This document shows, piece by piece, positions 28,160-38,991 of a stretch of 64,000 nucleotides of DNA. The first letter of the stretch is position 1. Each line of letters starts with the position of its first letter. The position numbers and the translations under genes were made by a program. Source of the DNA: Bdellovibrionota bacterium (lineage in GTDB: Bacteria; Bdellovibrionota_C; UBA2361; CAKMMH01); assembly GCA_050952645.1 (NCBI GenBank), contig JBMNLI010000017.1, positions 64,001 to 128,000 of the forward strand, in the 5' to 3' direction. The notes beneath the pieces are model-generated. The model saw only the letters and a program-made list of their open reading frames with translations, did not search any database and had not been told where the DNA came from.

Positions 28160-31100
28160 TTAGAAATTATTTTTTTGCAACTCGGAAGCTTTGCCCATAT
28201 TTTTCATCTTTTCATCTATCAAGCCTTTAAGCTCTAGTGCATTTTTAAAATCCTTATCGAATATAAAGATCTTTGATAAAACGTCTAAAGCTTCTTCATA
28301 TTCCTGCTTTGCATAATAGCATGCGGCTAAGGAGTATAGAAAATTTAAATCTCCTGGGTGCAAGTCTAAATAATTTTTAAGCACTACCTCTAAATCATCT
28401 AACCTAGAAAGCTTATAAGATAAATCTATTACGCCTAAAAGCGCCCTAACGTTTTCAGGATTAACCTTTAGAGATTTCATATAGTACTTGTAGGCCATAT
28501 CAAAATTATTTTCTTCGATATAACATAACCCTAAACCTGAAAGAGCGACATCATACTTATCATTTATGCTTAATGATAAATTAAATTTTTCTTTAGCTTC
28601 TTCCCACGCACCAGAGGTTGCCATTAAAATTCCTAGGTCAGCTATCGCTCTATAAGATGATGGATTTTTATTTATAACTTGCTCTAGAATTTCAAGAGAA
28701 GAATTGTTATCTCCCTTTAGCATTAAACATTCTGCTTTTAAAATATTTACGTATTCTCTATGATTAGAATTTAGTGAGGTGTTTTGCATTAGCTCATCTA
28801 AACCACTTTCTAGCTCTTTAAAATCCCTATTTTTTTTAGCTTCTTCTAAAGATGCAAGCCTAGCGTCGATAGAGTCAAACATAGGAAAGCTTCCTTCTTT
28901 ACTTTCTAATATTTCAGTTTTACATTTTGAAGCTTCAGATTTTGAAGTTTCAGATTTTGAAGTTTCAGATTTTGAAGCTTCACATTGCGTGCTTTTCTCC
29001 CTAGCATCTTTTAGCGATTTTGCCGCATCTATCTTTTCTTGCATTTCAGCTACACCATTATATAAAGGAGAGATCTCTTTTATCTTATCTAAAGCCTCCT
29101 TAGCGTTAAGAAGGTCATCAGACTTATAACAAATTCCCGCATAAGAAAATAGCATATGAACATTGCTATCATTATTTGCTAAATAAGTTTCTAAAGCCTT
29201 TTTTATATCCTTATACTTATCGGTTAAAAATGAACACTCCATAAGATGCAATAGTGCCACTTCGTTATAAGGGTCAAGCTTTAGCGATTTAATAAATAGC
29301 TCCATCGCTTCATTATAATCTTCACGGCGCATCAAACAGATTCCTAACCCCGATAAAGATTTAACATCACTGCCATCTACCATAAGCGCTTTTTCAAAAT
29401 ATTTTTTCGCTTCACTAACATCTTCTTTAGCTAGAGATACTGCACCGATGCTTCTAAAAAGTTTTAAAGAAGAGCCTACATTTTGCTTAAGTGCAAAGTA
29501 TATTTCTAAAGCTTCATCATACTTATTATTTTCTGCTAAATTTTGTGCTTTTTTAAATTCTTCTTCTTGAAGCAAACTAAGCTCGTTATCTATACCACAC
29601 ACTTCATCTGCTTCTTTTGATATTATATTTTCTTTTATAGTATTATTAAAAGTAGTATCATTAAAAGTAGTATTGTTTAAATTAAAATTACATACTTGAT
29701 TATAAGCAAAAACCGTTTCCCTAGTGCATCGCTCCCAAGAATAGTTTTTTACTAACTCTTTTAGCTCGCCTTTAACGGGACTATAATAAGCTGCCATTAC
29801 AGCATTTTTTATACTATCTAAAGAATACGGGTCGCAATAATATACGGCATCTTTTAAGTAATCAGATATGCTTCCATTTTTGCCTGTTACAACGTTTGCA
29901 CCATAAAAAGCGGCTTCTAACGATACTAGCCCTGGTAGTTCATAGAAACTAGCAAGAGCATGAACCTTACAAGCAGCATAAGCGTCTGCTAAATCTTGTA
30001 AAGGAAGTTTATCTAGAACGATAGTTTCCCCTTTTCTTTTAAAATTTCTAACGGCTTTTGCGTATTCTTTTTGGTATGTAAAACCTCCACTAGCTAACAC
30101 TACTGGTATATCTACATCCTCTAAAGCACTTAGAAGCATTAGCTGATTTTTTCTCGACTCTAATCTTCCAACACAAAATATAAAATCTTTAACATTATAT
30201 TTTTCAAAAAATCTTTCTTTATTTCCCTTTATAGTAGTATTTAAACCAAAATGCGTTTCAAATATTTTTGCTTTTGGAGCATATACTCTTTTTAAATTCT
30301 CGGACTCAGAAGAGCCGCTAGTTAATAGTGCATCGGCATTTTCACATAGCCAAGACACATCGAACGTTTTCGATGGCGTTATAGATTTAATATCTAATTT
30401 TTGATTATTTAAAAACTCTTTGCTCTGCCCATTTTGAACGTATTTCATCATATAATCTGCTACCGCAATAGATTGATTATGAAAAGATTGCACATCTTCA
30501 AATAGAGTAGTTACTACGAAAGGAACGCCGCTCGATTTAGCCTTTACTCCTGCAAGCGTTGAAAAAGTAGGTATAGCAAAATTAAAAATATGCACTAGGT
30601 CGTAATCTTTAAAATTTGTAGCATCTATATTTTCACAAATACCTACAAAAAAACCCATTTGCTCTAAATGCTCTTTTAGTTTTTCCATAACTACTGTATC
30701 TCCCCCACGCTCTAGAAAAGCATTAGGTCTATTAACAAATAGTATTTTCTTTGTTTTATTATTACTCGTATTGTTGTTTATATCTTGATTCATATTTTGG
30801 TTCATATTTTGATTCATATTTTGATTCCTCTTGTTTTCTTTAGTCTTTCCTTTAGTTTCTTTTTTAACTAGCTTGCTAGCCTTACTATCTTCATTTAACT
30901 TAGCTATAACATCTTTAATCTTTTTATACGCTACATTAAACGAATTGTTTTTAATAAATAGTTTGGATTTAGTTTTTAAGTATTCTCTAAGCCTGCTATC
31001 CGTTAGTAAAATCTTTGTAGACTCTCCTACTTTCATGCCTAAAGTTATATGCCATACGCAATCTTCATACTTATTAAACATTGGTGCTAGAGACGTCATT

Positions 31101-33184
31101 AAAACTGCACCATTAGAAAGCGCTAAGTTTGCAGCCCCTGAGCTTTCATAATAGGAAGATTGGTAATTTAACATTACTAAATCTGCACTTTGTATATACT
31201 CATTTAATTTTTCATCTGAAATAAACTCACTTATAACTTTTATATTATTTTCTAAATTAAAATTTTTAATAATATTTTTTATCTCCCTTAAGTAGCTTTC
31301 ACTTTTAACATCATCTTTTCTAGTAGAGCCAGCTATTACGCCCTTTACTTTTATGCCTCTATTTAAACAGTAATGAACTCCTTCAATTACTGCTTCTTGT
31401 CCTTTATGAGGTTGCATAAAACCAAAAGTTAATATTAGCTTTTCATCGCCTTTAACTCCTAAATCTTTTCTTACCTGTTCTTTTCTTTCCTCGCTAATTT
31501 GCTCTATCTCTTTTAAGCCTAAAGGAACTACGAAAATCTTAGAGCTTTCAGTGCCATTTGCGATAATTTGAAGCTTATTTTCAGGAGTATGAACAAATAT
31601 TCCATCTGCTATATCACAAAAACTTTTAAGTGAAAGGTCGAACGTGTTATGAAAATGAATTATTATTTTTAAGCCAAACTTTTTTTGCTCATTAAGTAGC
31701 TCTATAAGATTAGTTTTTATAAAAACGTGTGGGTGAAAATATATATATAGCGTATCTATATTATTATCATTAATTGCTTTTATTAAGCGTGAAAAATCTT
31801 CATCGTTTCTATTCCAACATCTAACTACATTTTTATTATCTAAACTTTTATCTGCATCTAGTGCATCTTCACCTAAAATGGTTATGTTTAAATCCTTAAA
31901 TTCTTCTAATAGAAATTTTGAATATTTAGCAATACCACAAGGCTGTTCCCACGTTGTAAGAAAACCTATCTTATTATTTATTTTATTATTTACTTTATTA
32001 GTAGTTTCTAGTTCTTCTTTTCTAGTTTCATCTTCTAGTTTATTTTCTAGTTTATTTTCTAGTTTATTTTTTATATCATTAAGATTTGGTTCTAGATTTA
32101 ATTTAAGATTTGCTTGAAGATTTGCTTGCGTGTAAGCTATAAAATCTTTTGCAGTATTATCCCAATTAAATCTTTTAGGGTAATTTTGAGAAGCGTAATT
32201 AGAAAATCTTATTAGCTTTTCTTTATCTGAAAGTAGCTCATCTAACGCATCATAAAGAGCTTCTACTGAAACTCGTTTTACTATCTTTCCACTTTTCCCA
32301 TCTTCTACGCATTCTTTTATTCCTCCTACATCAAAGCCTACTACTGGGCAACCGCTCACTTGCGCCTCTACGGCGGTTAATGGGAAGGAGTCGAATTGTC
32401 TAGATGGAATTACGCAAATGCCTGCTTCTTTCATAGCATTAGATACCACTTCTTGTGAAACAGCGCCATGGAATTTTATAGATGGAACTATTTTCACAAT
32501 TTCTTTTTTATCGAGAAACTCTTCTTGTCCCCAAAGTTTTGCAGAACCGTAAATATCTAGCGATAAGTCTTTATGCTTTGAAACTAAATTAGCATAAGCT
32601 TGAATTAGTATATCTACCCCTTTATGTGGAACTAAAGCACCAACAAAAATAAGTTTCTTAAAATTTCTCTTATCTATATCTCCTACCGTAAATCTTTCTA
32701 AATCTGCTCCGTTGTAAATTACTTTTATTTTTTTCCCGTCGCCTCCCCCGTTTATTATCATCTGTTTTTGAGCTTTGCTTACACAAATAATTCCATCACA
32801 TAATCTTGAAAGAATTTCAGGTTTAACACCAAAGGCTGCACTAGATGGGTCGTGGCATATTAAAAATCTTCCTAAACAATTAGGCTCGTTTTTTGCTAAA
32901 AGGATAGGAAATGCTCTAGAAGCCGCTAGCAAAATATATTTTCCGAGAGTTTTTGCTCTTTTCAAGATTTTTTCTATATCGTAATCTTCACCAAAATCCC
33001 AAAACTCTACTCCACCTCTAATGCATTCTTTAGAGTCTGGCAAATAAGCACAAAGCACTACTCTCGCTCCTTGTTTTGCTAGGGCGCTAGCTAGTTTAAG
33101 CGTTGCAACTACAGTGCCGCTATTTTGCCCAACTAAATAAAGTGGGTGGTCGGAATGAAAAAATAGGTATGTCATACTATTCAT
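28160..33184 (-). CDS. Multidomain glycosyltransferase: three GT-B (GT4-like) modules plus a TPR region
   Basis: GT4 motifs in three modules (FVGAL..KG..PS..DSFPLTAVEA; FGF..PHKG..SSGA; VGRLESRKNQ..S.YELPGLVSLEA). The C-terminal ~450 aa show TPR-like helical repeats. Confidence 0.85.
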   Translation of the reverse strand: MNSMTYLFFHSDHPLYLVGQNSGTVVATLKLASALAKQGARVVLCAYLPDSKECIRGGVEFWDFGEDYDIEKILKRAKTLGKYILLAASRAFPILLAKNEPNCLGRFLICHDPSSAAFGVKPEILSRLCDGIICVSKAQKQMIINGGGDGKKIKVIYNGADLERFTVGDIDKRNFKKLIFVGALVPHKGVDILIQAYANLVSKHKDLSLDIYGSAKLWGQEEFLDKKEIVKIVPSIKFHGAVSQEVVSNAMKEAGICVIPSRQFDSFPLTAVEAQVSGCPVVGFDVGGIKECVEDGKSGKIVKRVSVEALYDALDELLSDKEKLIRFSNYASQNYPKRFNWDNTAKDFIAYTQANLQANLKLNLEPNLNDIKNKLENKLENKLEDETRKEELETTNKVNNKINNKIGFLTTWEQPCGIAKYSKFLLEEFKDLNITILGEDALDADKSLDNKNVVRCWNRNDEDFSRLIKAINDNNIDTLYIYFHPHVFIKTNLIELLNEQKKFGLKIIIHFHNTFDLSLKSFCDIADGIFVHTPENKLQIIANGTESSKIFVVPLGLKEIEQISEERKEQVRKDLGVKGDEKLILTFGFMQPHKGQEAVIEGVHYCLNRGIKVKGVIAGSTRKDDVKSESYLREIKNIIKNFNLENNIKVISEFISDEKLNEYIQSADLVMLNYQSSYYESSGAANLALSNGAVLMTSLAPMFNKYEDCVWHITLGMKVGESTKILLTDSRLREYLKTKSKLFIKNNSFNVAYKKIKDVIAKLNEDSKASKLVKKETKGKTKENKRNQNMNQNMNQNMNQDINNNTSNNKTKKILFVNRPNAFLERGGDTVVMEKLKEHLEQMGFFVGICENIDATNFKDYDLVHIFNFAIPTFSTLAGVKAKSSGVPFVVTTLFEDVQSFHNQSIAVADYMMKYVQNGQSKEFLNNQKLDIKSITPSKTFDVSWLCENADALLTSGSSESENLKRVYAPKAKIFETHFGLNTTIKGNKERFFEKYNVKDFIFCVGRLESRKNQLMLLSALEDVDIPVVLASGGFTYQKEYAKAVRNFKRKGETIVLDKLPLQDLADAYAACKVHALASFYELPGLVSLEAAFYGANVVTGKNGSISDYLKDAVYYCDPYSLDSIKNAVMAAYYSPVKGELKELVKNYSWERCTRETVFAYNQVCNFNLNNTTFNDTTFNNTIKENIISKEADEVCGIDNELSLLQEEEFKKAQNLAENNKYDEALEIYFALKQNVGSSLKLFRSIGAVSLAKEDVSEAKKYFEKALMVDGSDVKSLSGLGICLMRREDYNEAMELFIKSLKLDPYNEVALLHLMECSFLTDKYKDIKKALETYLANNDSNVHMLFSYAGICYKSDDLLNAKEALDKIKEISPLYNGVAEMQEKIDAAKSLKDAREKSTQCEASKSETSKSETSKSEASKCKTEILESKEGSFPMFDSIDARLASLEEAKKNRDFKELESGLDELMQNTSLNSNHREYVNILKAECLMLKGDNNSSLEILEQVINKNPSSYRAIADLGILMATSGAWEEAKEKFNLSLSINDKYDVALSGLGLCYIEENNFDMAYKYYMKSLKVNPENVRALLGVIDLSYKLSRLDDLEVVLKNYLDLHPGDLNFLYSLAACYYAKQEYEEALDVLSKIFIFDKDFKNALELKGLIDEKMKNMGKASELQKNNF

Positions 33185-33600
33185 TTAATAATTTTTTCCA
33201 AAAACAAAAATAAAAGCATCTTTGTAATATGATGATAAAAACGCTTATTCGATTTAAGAAAAAACTAGTTTTTTTAATGTAAACTTATAGTTTTTTAATA
33301 AATTTAAAGATAACTTTAAGATTAAACTTTAAGATTAAGCTTTAAGATTAAGCTTTAACATTAAGCTTTAAGATTGAAACTAAAAGATAGATATAAAAAT
33401 TAAAAAAAAATTATATTAAAAAAACACAATAATTTTAATATGTTAAGATGCCACTTAAAGATAAGCTTTAGTATCTAGAACTTTAATGTCTAGAACTTTA
33501 GTATCTAAAAGCATGGGGGGACAAGTCTTAAAAAGGAAGTTAAAAGACGTAAAAATAAATAAACTTGAAAATTATTTAAAAAACCTTAAAATCTTAATTT

Positions 33601-34197
33601 ATGGCAAACTATGATAGAAAAGATAGTTATTATTTAAAAGCAAAAGAAGATGGGTATCGCTCAAGAGCTTCTTATAAGCTACTAGAAATAAACGAGAAAT
33701 TTAAAATTTTTAAAAAAGACTCCTACGTGTTAGACCTTGGCTCTTGGCCTGGTGGGTGGCTTCAAGTAGCAAAAAAGCTCTCTCCTAAAGGCTTTATTGC
33801 AGGAATTGATTTAGTAGAAATTGAGCCTATTAAAGGGGTTTACACTACTATAGGCGATGCTAGCGATGATGAAAAAATAAATGAAATTCTAAAAAAAGCT
33901 AATGGTCTTTTCGATATCGTTTTATCGGATATGGCAGCAAAACTTACTGGCATTAAAGCTACAGACGATGTGGCGGCTGCTGGAATTTTAGAACTTGCTC
34001 TTTTTGTAATGCAGAAAACTTTAAAACAAAACGGTATTTTCGTAGCAAAAGTTTTTAAGTGTGGGGAGATTGATACTGTAATTAAGGAAGCTAGAAAGCT
34101 TTTTAGAACGATAAAAAGAGTGGAATTAAAATCTTCTAGGAAGACCTCGAATGAATTTTATATTATATGTTTTGATTATAAGGCAAATAATATATAA
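33601..34197 (+). CDS. rlmE: 23S rRNA Um2552 methyltransferase (FtsJ/RrmJ)
   Basis: GYRSRASYKL, DLGSWPGGW, VLSDMA and SSR..S.E.Y motifs. Confidence 0.93.
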   Translation: MANYDRKDSYYLKAKEDGYRSRASYKLLEINEKFKIFKKDSYVLDLGSWPGGWLQVAKKLSPKGFIAGIDLVEIEPIKGVYTTIGDASDDEKINEILKKANGLFDIVLSDMAAKLTGIKATDDVAAAGILELALFVMQKTLKQNGIFVAKVFKCGEIDTVIKEARKLFRTIKRVELKSSRKTSNEFYIICFDYKANNI

Positions 34198-34283
34198 TAG
34201 ATAGATATTGCTTAAAAAAAATTAAAAATTTAAAAAATTAAAAATTTAAAAAATATTGTGATCACTTTCAAAAGATAGAAAAA

Positions 34284-35084
34284 ATGTTTTTAAATACTTT
34301 TATTAACCGTATAGAAAGACTAGGAAGGGCTACTATTAAACTCCTTGGAAATTTTGGAGCTTCTTGCATATTTGTTTTTAAAGGTTGGTTTCAAGTTTTC
34401 GTTCCACCTTTTAGACCTCATCTTATAATGGTTCAAATATTACAAATCGGAGTAAACTCTACTCTAGTTATAGCTCTTATCGGTTTTTTTACTGGCGCCG
34501 TGCTTGCAGTGCAAGGAGAATACGTTCTTAGCCAGTTTGGTGTTGCGGCTTATACTGGCTCTATGGTAGCCTTAAGCTTAATAAGAGAGCTAGGTCCCGT
34601 GCTTACTGCGCTTATGGTTATCGGGCGTGCAGGTTCTGCAATGACCGCAGAGCTTGGCATAATGAGAATTACGGAACAAATCGATGCTTTAAAATCTATG
34701 GCGGTAGACCCTATAAAATATTTAATCTCTCCTAGGTTGCTTGCAGGGATAATATCCGTTCCTCTATTAACTATTATATTTATAGTCGTAGGAATTTTTG
34801 GAGGATACGTAGTTAGCATCGGGATTTTAGGATTAAGCTCTGGAACGTTTATCGCAAGGATGCAATCTTCCGTTAAAATGGTTGATTTATATTCTGGTTT
34901 TATAAAATCTATAGTGTTTGGTTTTATCTTTGGTTGGGTAAGCGCTTACCAAGGGTATACTTGTGGCTTTGGAGCTGTTGGGGTAAATAAGGCTACTACT
35001 AGAGCGGTAGTTACTGCATCGGTAGCAATATTAGTAGTCGATTATTTTCTAGCTAGCATTTTAACTAGAGTATTTTTAGGATAG
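34284..35084 (+). CDS. mlaE: MlaE ABC permease
   Basis: RELGPVLTAL..GRAGSAMTAELG.MRITEQIDAL and ATTRAVV motifs. Confidence 0.93.
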   Translation: MFLNTFINRIERLGRATIKLLGNFGASCIFVFKGWFQVFVPPFRPHLIMVQILQIGVNSTLVIALIGFFTGAVLAVQGEYVLSQFGVAAYTGSMVALSLIRELGPVLTALMVIGRAGSAMTAELGIMRITEQIDALKSMAVDPIKYLISPRLLAGIISVPLLTIIFIVVGIFGGYVVSIGILGLSSGTFIARMQSSVKMVDLYSGFIKSIVFGFIFGWVSAYQGYTCGFGAVGVNKATTRAVVTASVAILVVDYFLASILTRVFLG

Positions 35085-35204
35085 TTAATTTAAGTTTATA
35101 TTTTTATAAGTTTGTATTAAATAATTTACAAAACAAAAAATAAAAAAACAAAGATTAAAAGAAAAAGATAAAAACAAAGATAAAAAAAGGCAGAGTAAGT
35201 TAAG

Positions 35205-35954
35205 TTGATTTCGATAAGAAATATAACAAAGAGTTTTGGAAAGCAGTTAGTTTTAAATAATATTTCGCTTGAGATAGAGCATGGAGAAATAGTCGCTATC
35301 GTAGGACCTAGTGGAGTTGGAAAGTCTGTGCTTTTAAAGTTGATTACTGGAATTTTAACTCCTGATAGTGGAGATATTATTATTTACGGAGAAAATATTA
35401 CTAAGGCTAAAACTGAATTTAAGAAGAATCAAATAAGGAGTAATTTAGGAGTGCTTTTTCAATCTGCCGCTTTATTTGATTCGCTAAATATTTACGATAA
35501 TGTTGCTTTTCCACTTAATGCGAGAACTAATCTTAACGAAAAGCAAATCCATAAGCGAGTACTTAGAATGTTAAGAAATTTAGATATCGAAAAGTATGCA
35601 TTAAAAACCCCTGGGAAAGTTCCTATGGGGATTAGAAAAAGGGCTGGAATGGCTAGGGCTTTAATAACGGAGCCTAAGCTTATTTTATTTGATGAACCTA
35701 ACACGGGGCTAGACCCGCTAGTTGGGCAAGAAGTTTACAATCTTATAAAAGAGTGTCATCAAAAGTGGAATTTTACTGGAATAGTAATTAGCCATGAAAT
35801 TCCAGAGGTTTTTCAAGTATCAAATAGAGTTGCCATGTTATTAAATGGCGAAATTTTAGAAGATGGAACGCCTGATGAGTTGCTACATTCTGAAAATGAA
35901 GCAGTTAGGCAATTTTTAAATGGGAATACACATGGACCAATCAAAATCAACTAA
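35205..35954 (+). CDS. mlaF: MlaF ABC ATPase
   Basis: GPSGVGKS, FQSAALFDS and FDEPNTGLDP motifs. The signature motif has degenerated to VPMGI. Confidence 0.9.
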   Translation: MISIRNITKSFGKQLVLNNISLEIEHGEIVAIVGPSGVGKSVLLKLITGILTPDSGDIIIYGENITKAKTEFKKNQIRSNLGVLFQSAALFDSLNIYDNVAFPLNARTNLNEKQIHKRVLRMLRNLDIEKYALKTPGKVPMGIRKRAGMARALITEPKLILFDEPNTGLDPLVGQEVYNLIKECHQKWNFTGIVISHEIPEVFQVSNRVAMLLNGEILEDGTPDELLHSENEAVRQFLNGNTHGPIKIN

Positions 35955-36480
35955 ACAAAAAGAAAATAAAATTCCTAGACGAACTTTTACAACTGAAGTT
36001 TGGGTGGGGTTTTTCGTGCTAATTTCATTAATAGGCGCTGGCTACTTATCACTAGGGCTTGGTGGCATGGAGTTAGCCTCTAGCAAGTATTACAAAGTAT
36101 ATGCAGAGTTTGATAATATTTCAGGACTTAACCAAGGAGCTTCAGTCGAGATTGCTGGAGTTCCTATCGGGAGTGTTGAAAATATATCTTTAGATGATGC
36201 TATCGCAATAGTCGAGTTAAAAATAGATAAAGATATAAAAATTAGAGAAGATGATATTGCAACTATTAGAACTAAGGGAATTATAGGCGATAGGTTTGTA
36301 AAAATTTCTAGGGGAGCTAGCGATGATTACGTAAAACCGGGGGATACTATATTTAACACCGAGTCTATAGTCGACTTTGAAGATTTAATAGGAAAAATCA
36401 TCCACTCTGTAACTAGTGGTGATGATGATAAGGGTAGTGATAAAGATAATAGTAAAGGGAGTAATAAAGATAAAAAATAA
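35932..36480 (+). CDS. mlaD: MlaD MCE-domain protein
   Basis: E.WVG.FV, AEFDNISGL..GA.V.IAGVPIG.V and IRTKGIIGDRFV motifs. Confidence 0.92.
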   Translation: MDQSKSTKQKENKIPRRTFTTEVWVGFFVLISLIGAGYLSLGLGGMELASSKYYKVYAEFDNISGLNQGASVEIAGVPIGSVENISLDDAIAIVELKIDKDIKIREDDIATIRTKGIIGDRFVKISRGASDDYVKPGDTIFNTESIVDFEDLIGKIIHSVTSGDDDKGSDKDNSKGSNKDKK

Positions 36481-36520
36481 TAAAAAAAACAATTTAAATA
36501 ATTTATTGGAGATAAAGATA

Positions 36521-37153
36521 ATGCAAATGGTAAAAAAAATAGAAACAAAAAATACTATACAAAATATAATAAAAATTTTTTTAGTTTTAATATTATTTTC
36601 TTTAATGCCGTCTATAGCTTTTTCACAAAACTCGCCTTTAGAGGTTGTAAAGATAACCGTTGATAAAATTATAGTAGCGGTAGAAACTTATCCTTCAAAA
36701 GAAGAGACTGATATAAGGCGAAAAACGATAAGAAAGATAATAGAGCCAGCTTTTAACTTTGAAGCGATGGCAAAACTTTCCCTTGGGCATAATTGGAAAG
36801 ATACTAATGAAACGGAGCAAAAAGAGTACGTCGCTTTATTTTCAGATCTTTTAGCTACTACTTATTTAAAGAAGATAGATCTAATAAAAAAAGATACCGT
36901 TATCTTTAAAGGGCATCGAGAAAGGCAAGACCAAGCTTTAGTTAAAACTGATATAAATTACAATAACGACCAATTTCCCATAGTTTACAAGATGAGAAAA
37001 GAACTAGACGGCAAATGGAGAGTTCACGACATATCGATTGAAAATATTAGTTTAGTATCTAATTATAGGAGTGAGTTTGCAGGAATAGTTAGAAAAGATG
37101 GCATAGCTGGTTTAATCGAGCAATTAAAAAATAAAGTTAAAAAGGAAGAATAA
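36521..37153 (+). CDS. mlaC: MlaC/Ttg2D phospholipid-binding protein
   Basis: FNFEAMAKLSLG..W and WRVHDISIENISLVSNYRSEF motifs. The start is uncertain. Confidence 0.9.
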   Translation: MQMVKKIETKNTIQNIIKIFLVLILFSLMPSIAFSQNSPLEVVKITVDKIIVAVETYPSKEETDIRRKTIRKIIEPAFNFEAMAKLSLGHNWKDTNETEQKEYVALFSDLLATTYLKKIDLIKKDTVIFKGHRERQDQALVKTDINYNNDQFPIVYKMRKELDGKWRVHDISIENISLVSNYRSEFAGIVRKDGIAGLIEQLKNKVKKEE

Positions 37154-37208
37154 GTAAAAATAAGTAAAAATAAGATAATTTAAAATATTAAAATAGAGAA
37201 AAGCAATT

Positions 37209-38045
37209 ATGGATATTACTCAAGTTATTTTTATAATTTTATTCGGTTTAATTATAGGAAGCTTTTTATCTGTATGTATTTTTAGGCTTCCCATAGGTAG
37301 GTTTGATGCGTTAGATGATGATGGGGAAGCCGTGCCAAGCGATAAAGAAAAGATGTCTATATTTTATCCTACTAGGTCTTTTTGTCCTAGTTGCAAAAAT
37401 AATTTAAGGTGGTATCACAACATCCCTGTTTTAAGTTGGTTAGTATTAAGGGGTAAGTGTTCATTTTGCAAAACTAAAATTTCTTTTCGTTATCCGTTAG
37501 TAGAAATTATTAGTGCTATTTTTGCATTTTTATCTTTTTATTTTTATGGTGCTACCTTAGAGGGGTTTATTATATATGCGTTTTGTGCCGTGCTTATCGT
37601 GTTATCGTTTATCGATATAGATTATTTTATTTTACCGAATATTATTACTTATCCTGTAAGTATTATAGGTATAATTTTAGTATCGTTTAATCATTTTTTT
37701 CATTTTTTAAATTTTCCTTTTTGTGGTAGTTTTAAATGTCTCTTTCTTGGGCTTTTAGGAGCATTATTTTTATATTTAATCGGGGCACTTCATGGTTTTA
37801 TAAGAAAAAAAGAGGGTTTAGGCTTTGGAGATATTAAGCTACTTATAATGATTGGAGTATTTTTTGGTCTTCCTTCGTCTTTTTATACTATATTTTTAGG
37901 CTCTATATTAGCTATTATCGGCACTATAATTATCGCAATTTTTAAAAAAAACTCTCTTTCTGAACCACTTCCTTTTGGCCCATATTTAAGTTTAGGCTGT
38001 GTTTTATATTTGTTTTATTTTAGTTTTAGCACAATAGCTTTTTAA
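37209..38045 (+). CDS. pilD: Type IV prepilin peptidase
   Basis: GSFL.VCI.RLP, two CxxC pairs, NIPVLSWL.LRGKC, GLGFGDIKL and LPFGPYL motifs. Confidence 0.93.
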   Translation: MDITQVIFIILFGLIIGSFLSVCIFRLPIGRFDALDDDGEAVPSDKEKMSIFYPTRSFCPSCKNNLRWYHNIPVLSWLVLRGKCSFCKTKISFRYPLVEIISAIFAFLSFYFYGATLEGFIIYAFCAVLIVLSFIDIDYFILPNIITYPVSIIGIILVSFNHFFHFLNFPFCGSFKCLFLGLLGALFLYLIGALHGFIRKKEGLGFGDIKLLIMIGVFFGLPSSFYTIFLGSILAIIGTIIIAIFKKNSLSEPLPFGPYLSLGCVLYLFYFSFSTIAF

Positions 38046-38074
38046 GAATTGAAAATTAAGAGAATAGATGTTTT

Positions 38075-38473
38075 TTAAAAATGCGACCTCGAATCTCTTT
38101 TAAAAACTGCCTCTAATTCAAAGACTTCTCCAAGCTTGGGCTCTGAGCCTTCTAAATTAAACTCACGATTTCCCCGTGCTTTTTTAATTCTCGTATCAGT
38201 AGACTCGATTCTTTTATAAGCCCCTAGCATTCTATCATAAGCTCGCTCCATTATATTATGTTTAGAATGTAGCCTAACAAAATTCTTACCTTCAAATCCT
38301 TTAACATAAGGAGTAAGATTTAAAGCCTCCTTACTAAGCGATTCTTTAGTAAATATCACTTTACTTGCGCTAATTATTCGAGGAGCGTTCCTAAAAGCGT
38401 TTAAAATGCTTTGCCTATAAATGCGAATACAACAATCCCCTTCCTCTTTAATACAGTAATGCTTACCCTGCAT
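38075..38473 (-). CDS. Hypothetical protein
   Basis: RBS AGGAG before the ATG at 38473 (ORF track start 38527), with a strong promoter upstream. Confidence 0.55.
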   Translation of the reverse strand: MQGKHYCIKEEGDCCIRIYRQSILNAFRNAPRIISASKVIFTKESLSKEALNLTPYVKGFEGKNFVRLHSKHNIMERAYDRMLGAYKRIESTDTRIKKARGNREFNLEGSEPKLGEVFELEAVFKRDSRSHF

Positions 38474-38579
38474 CTTTCTATCTCCTATAACTACGTAAAG
38501 TAGCAACAAGGTTTTTGTTTGAACCAATATTTAGCGTTAAACTAAATATACAACGGTCGATTCGAGATAGACAAACAGC

Positions 38580-38608
38580 ATTATAAAAACAAACACGCCT
38601 TAAGTCAA
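38580..38608 (-). promoter_or_regulatory. Near-consensus sigma70 promoter
   Basis: TTGACT-N17-TATAAT on the minus strand. Confidence 0.7.
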
Positions 38609-38698
38609 GCACGCTTTAAATTGCAGCCCCCCCGACCTTCCTTATAAATTACCAATTACACATTACTCCCTAAATTTTATTGATATAACAATTTAAAT

Positions 38699-38900
38699 TT
38701 AAACTTTCCCTTGTTTTACGCATAAAATTTAATTTAAACTTTATAACCTACTCAAAATAATTAAAAAAATTAAGAAACACTCACATAAATTATTAAAAAT
38801 AGCAAACGTAAATACGTTCCCTTAAGAAACAACAAATACTAGCCTTAGGCTAAGTTTTAGCTCTTAAAAACATAGCATACGTATAACAAGAAAAAGTTTG
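38699..38900 (+). mobile_element. MITE (repeat B), second copy
   Basis: Colinear with 11035-11244 over ~200 bp. Inverted ends AAACTTTCCCTTGTTTTACG / CGTATAACAAGAAAAAGTTT. Confidence 0.85.
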
Positions 38901-38991
38901 TGTTTAAAAATAAGTAAAAAAAACGTTTATATAAATTGTTAAAACTATATACTTAAAATTTGAATTTGATTTTTGAACTTTTTTTGAAATT

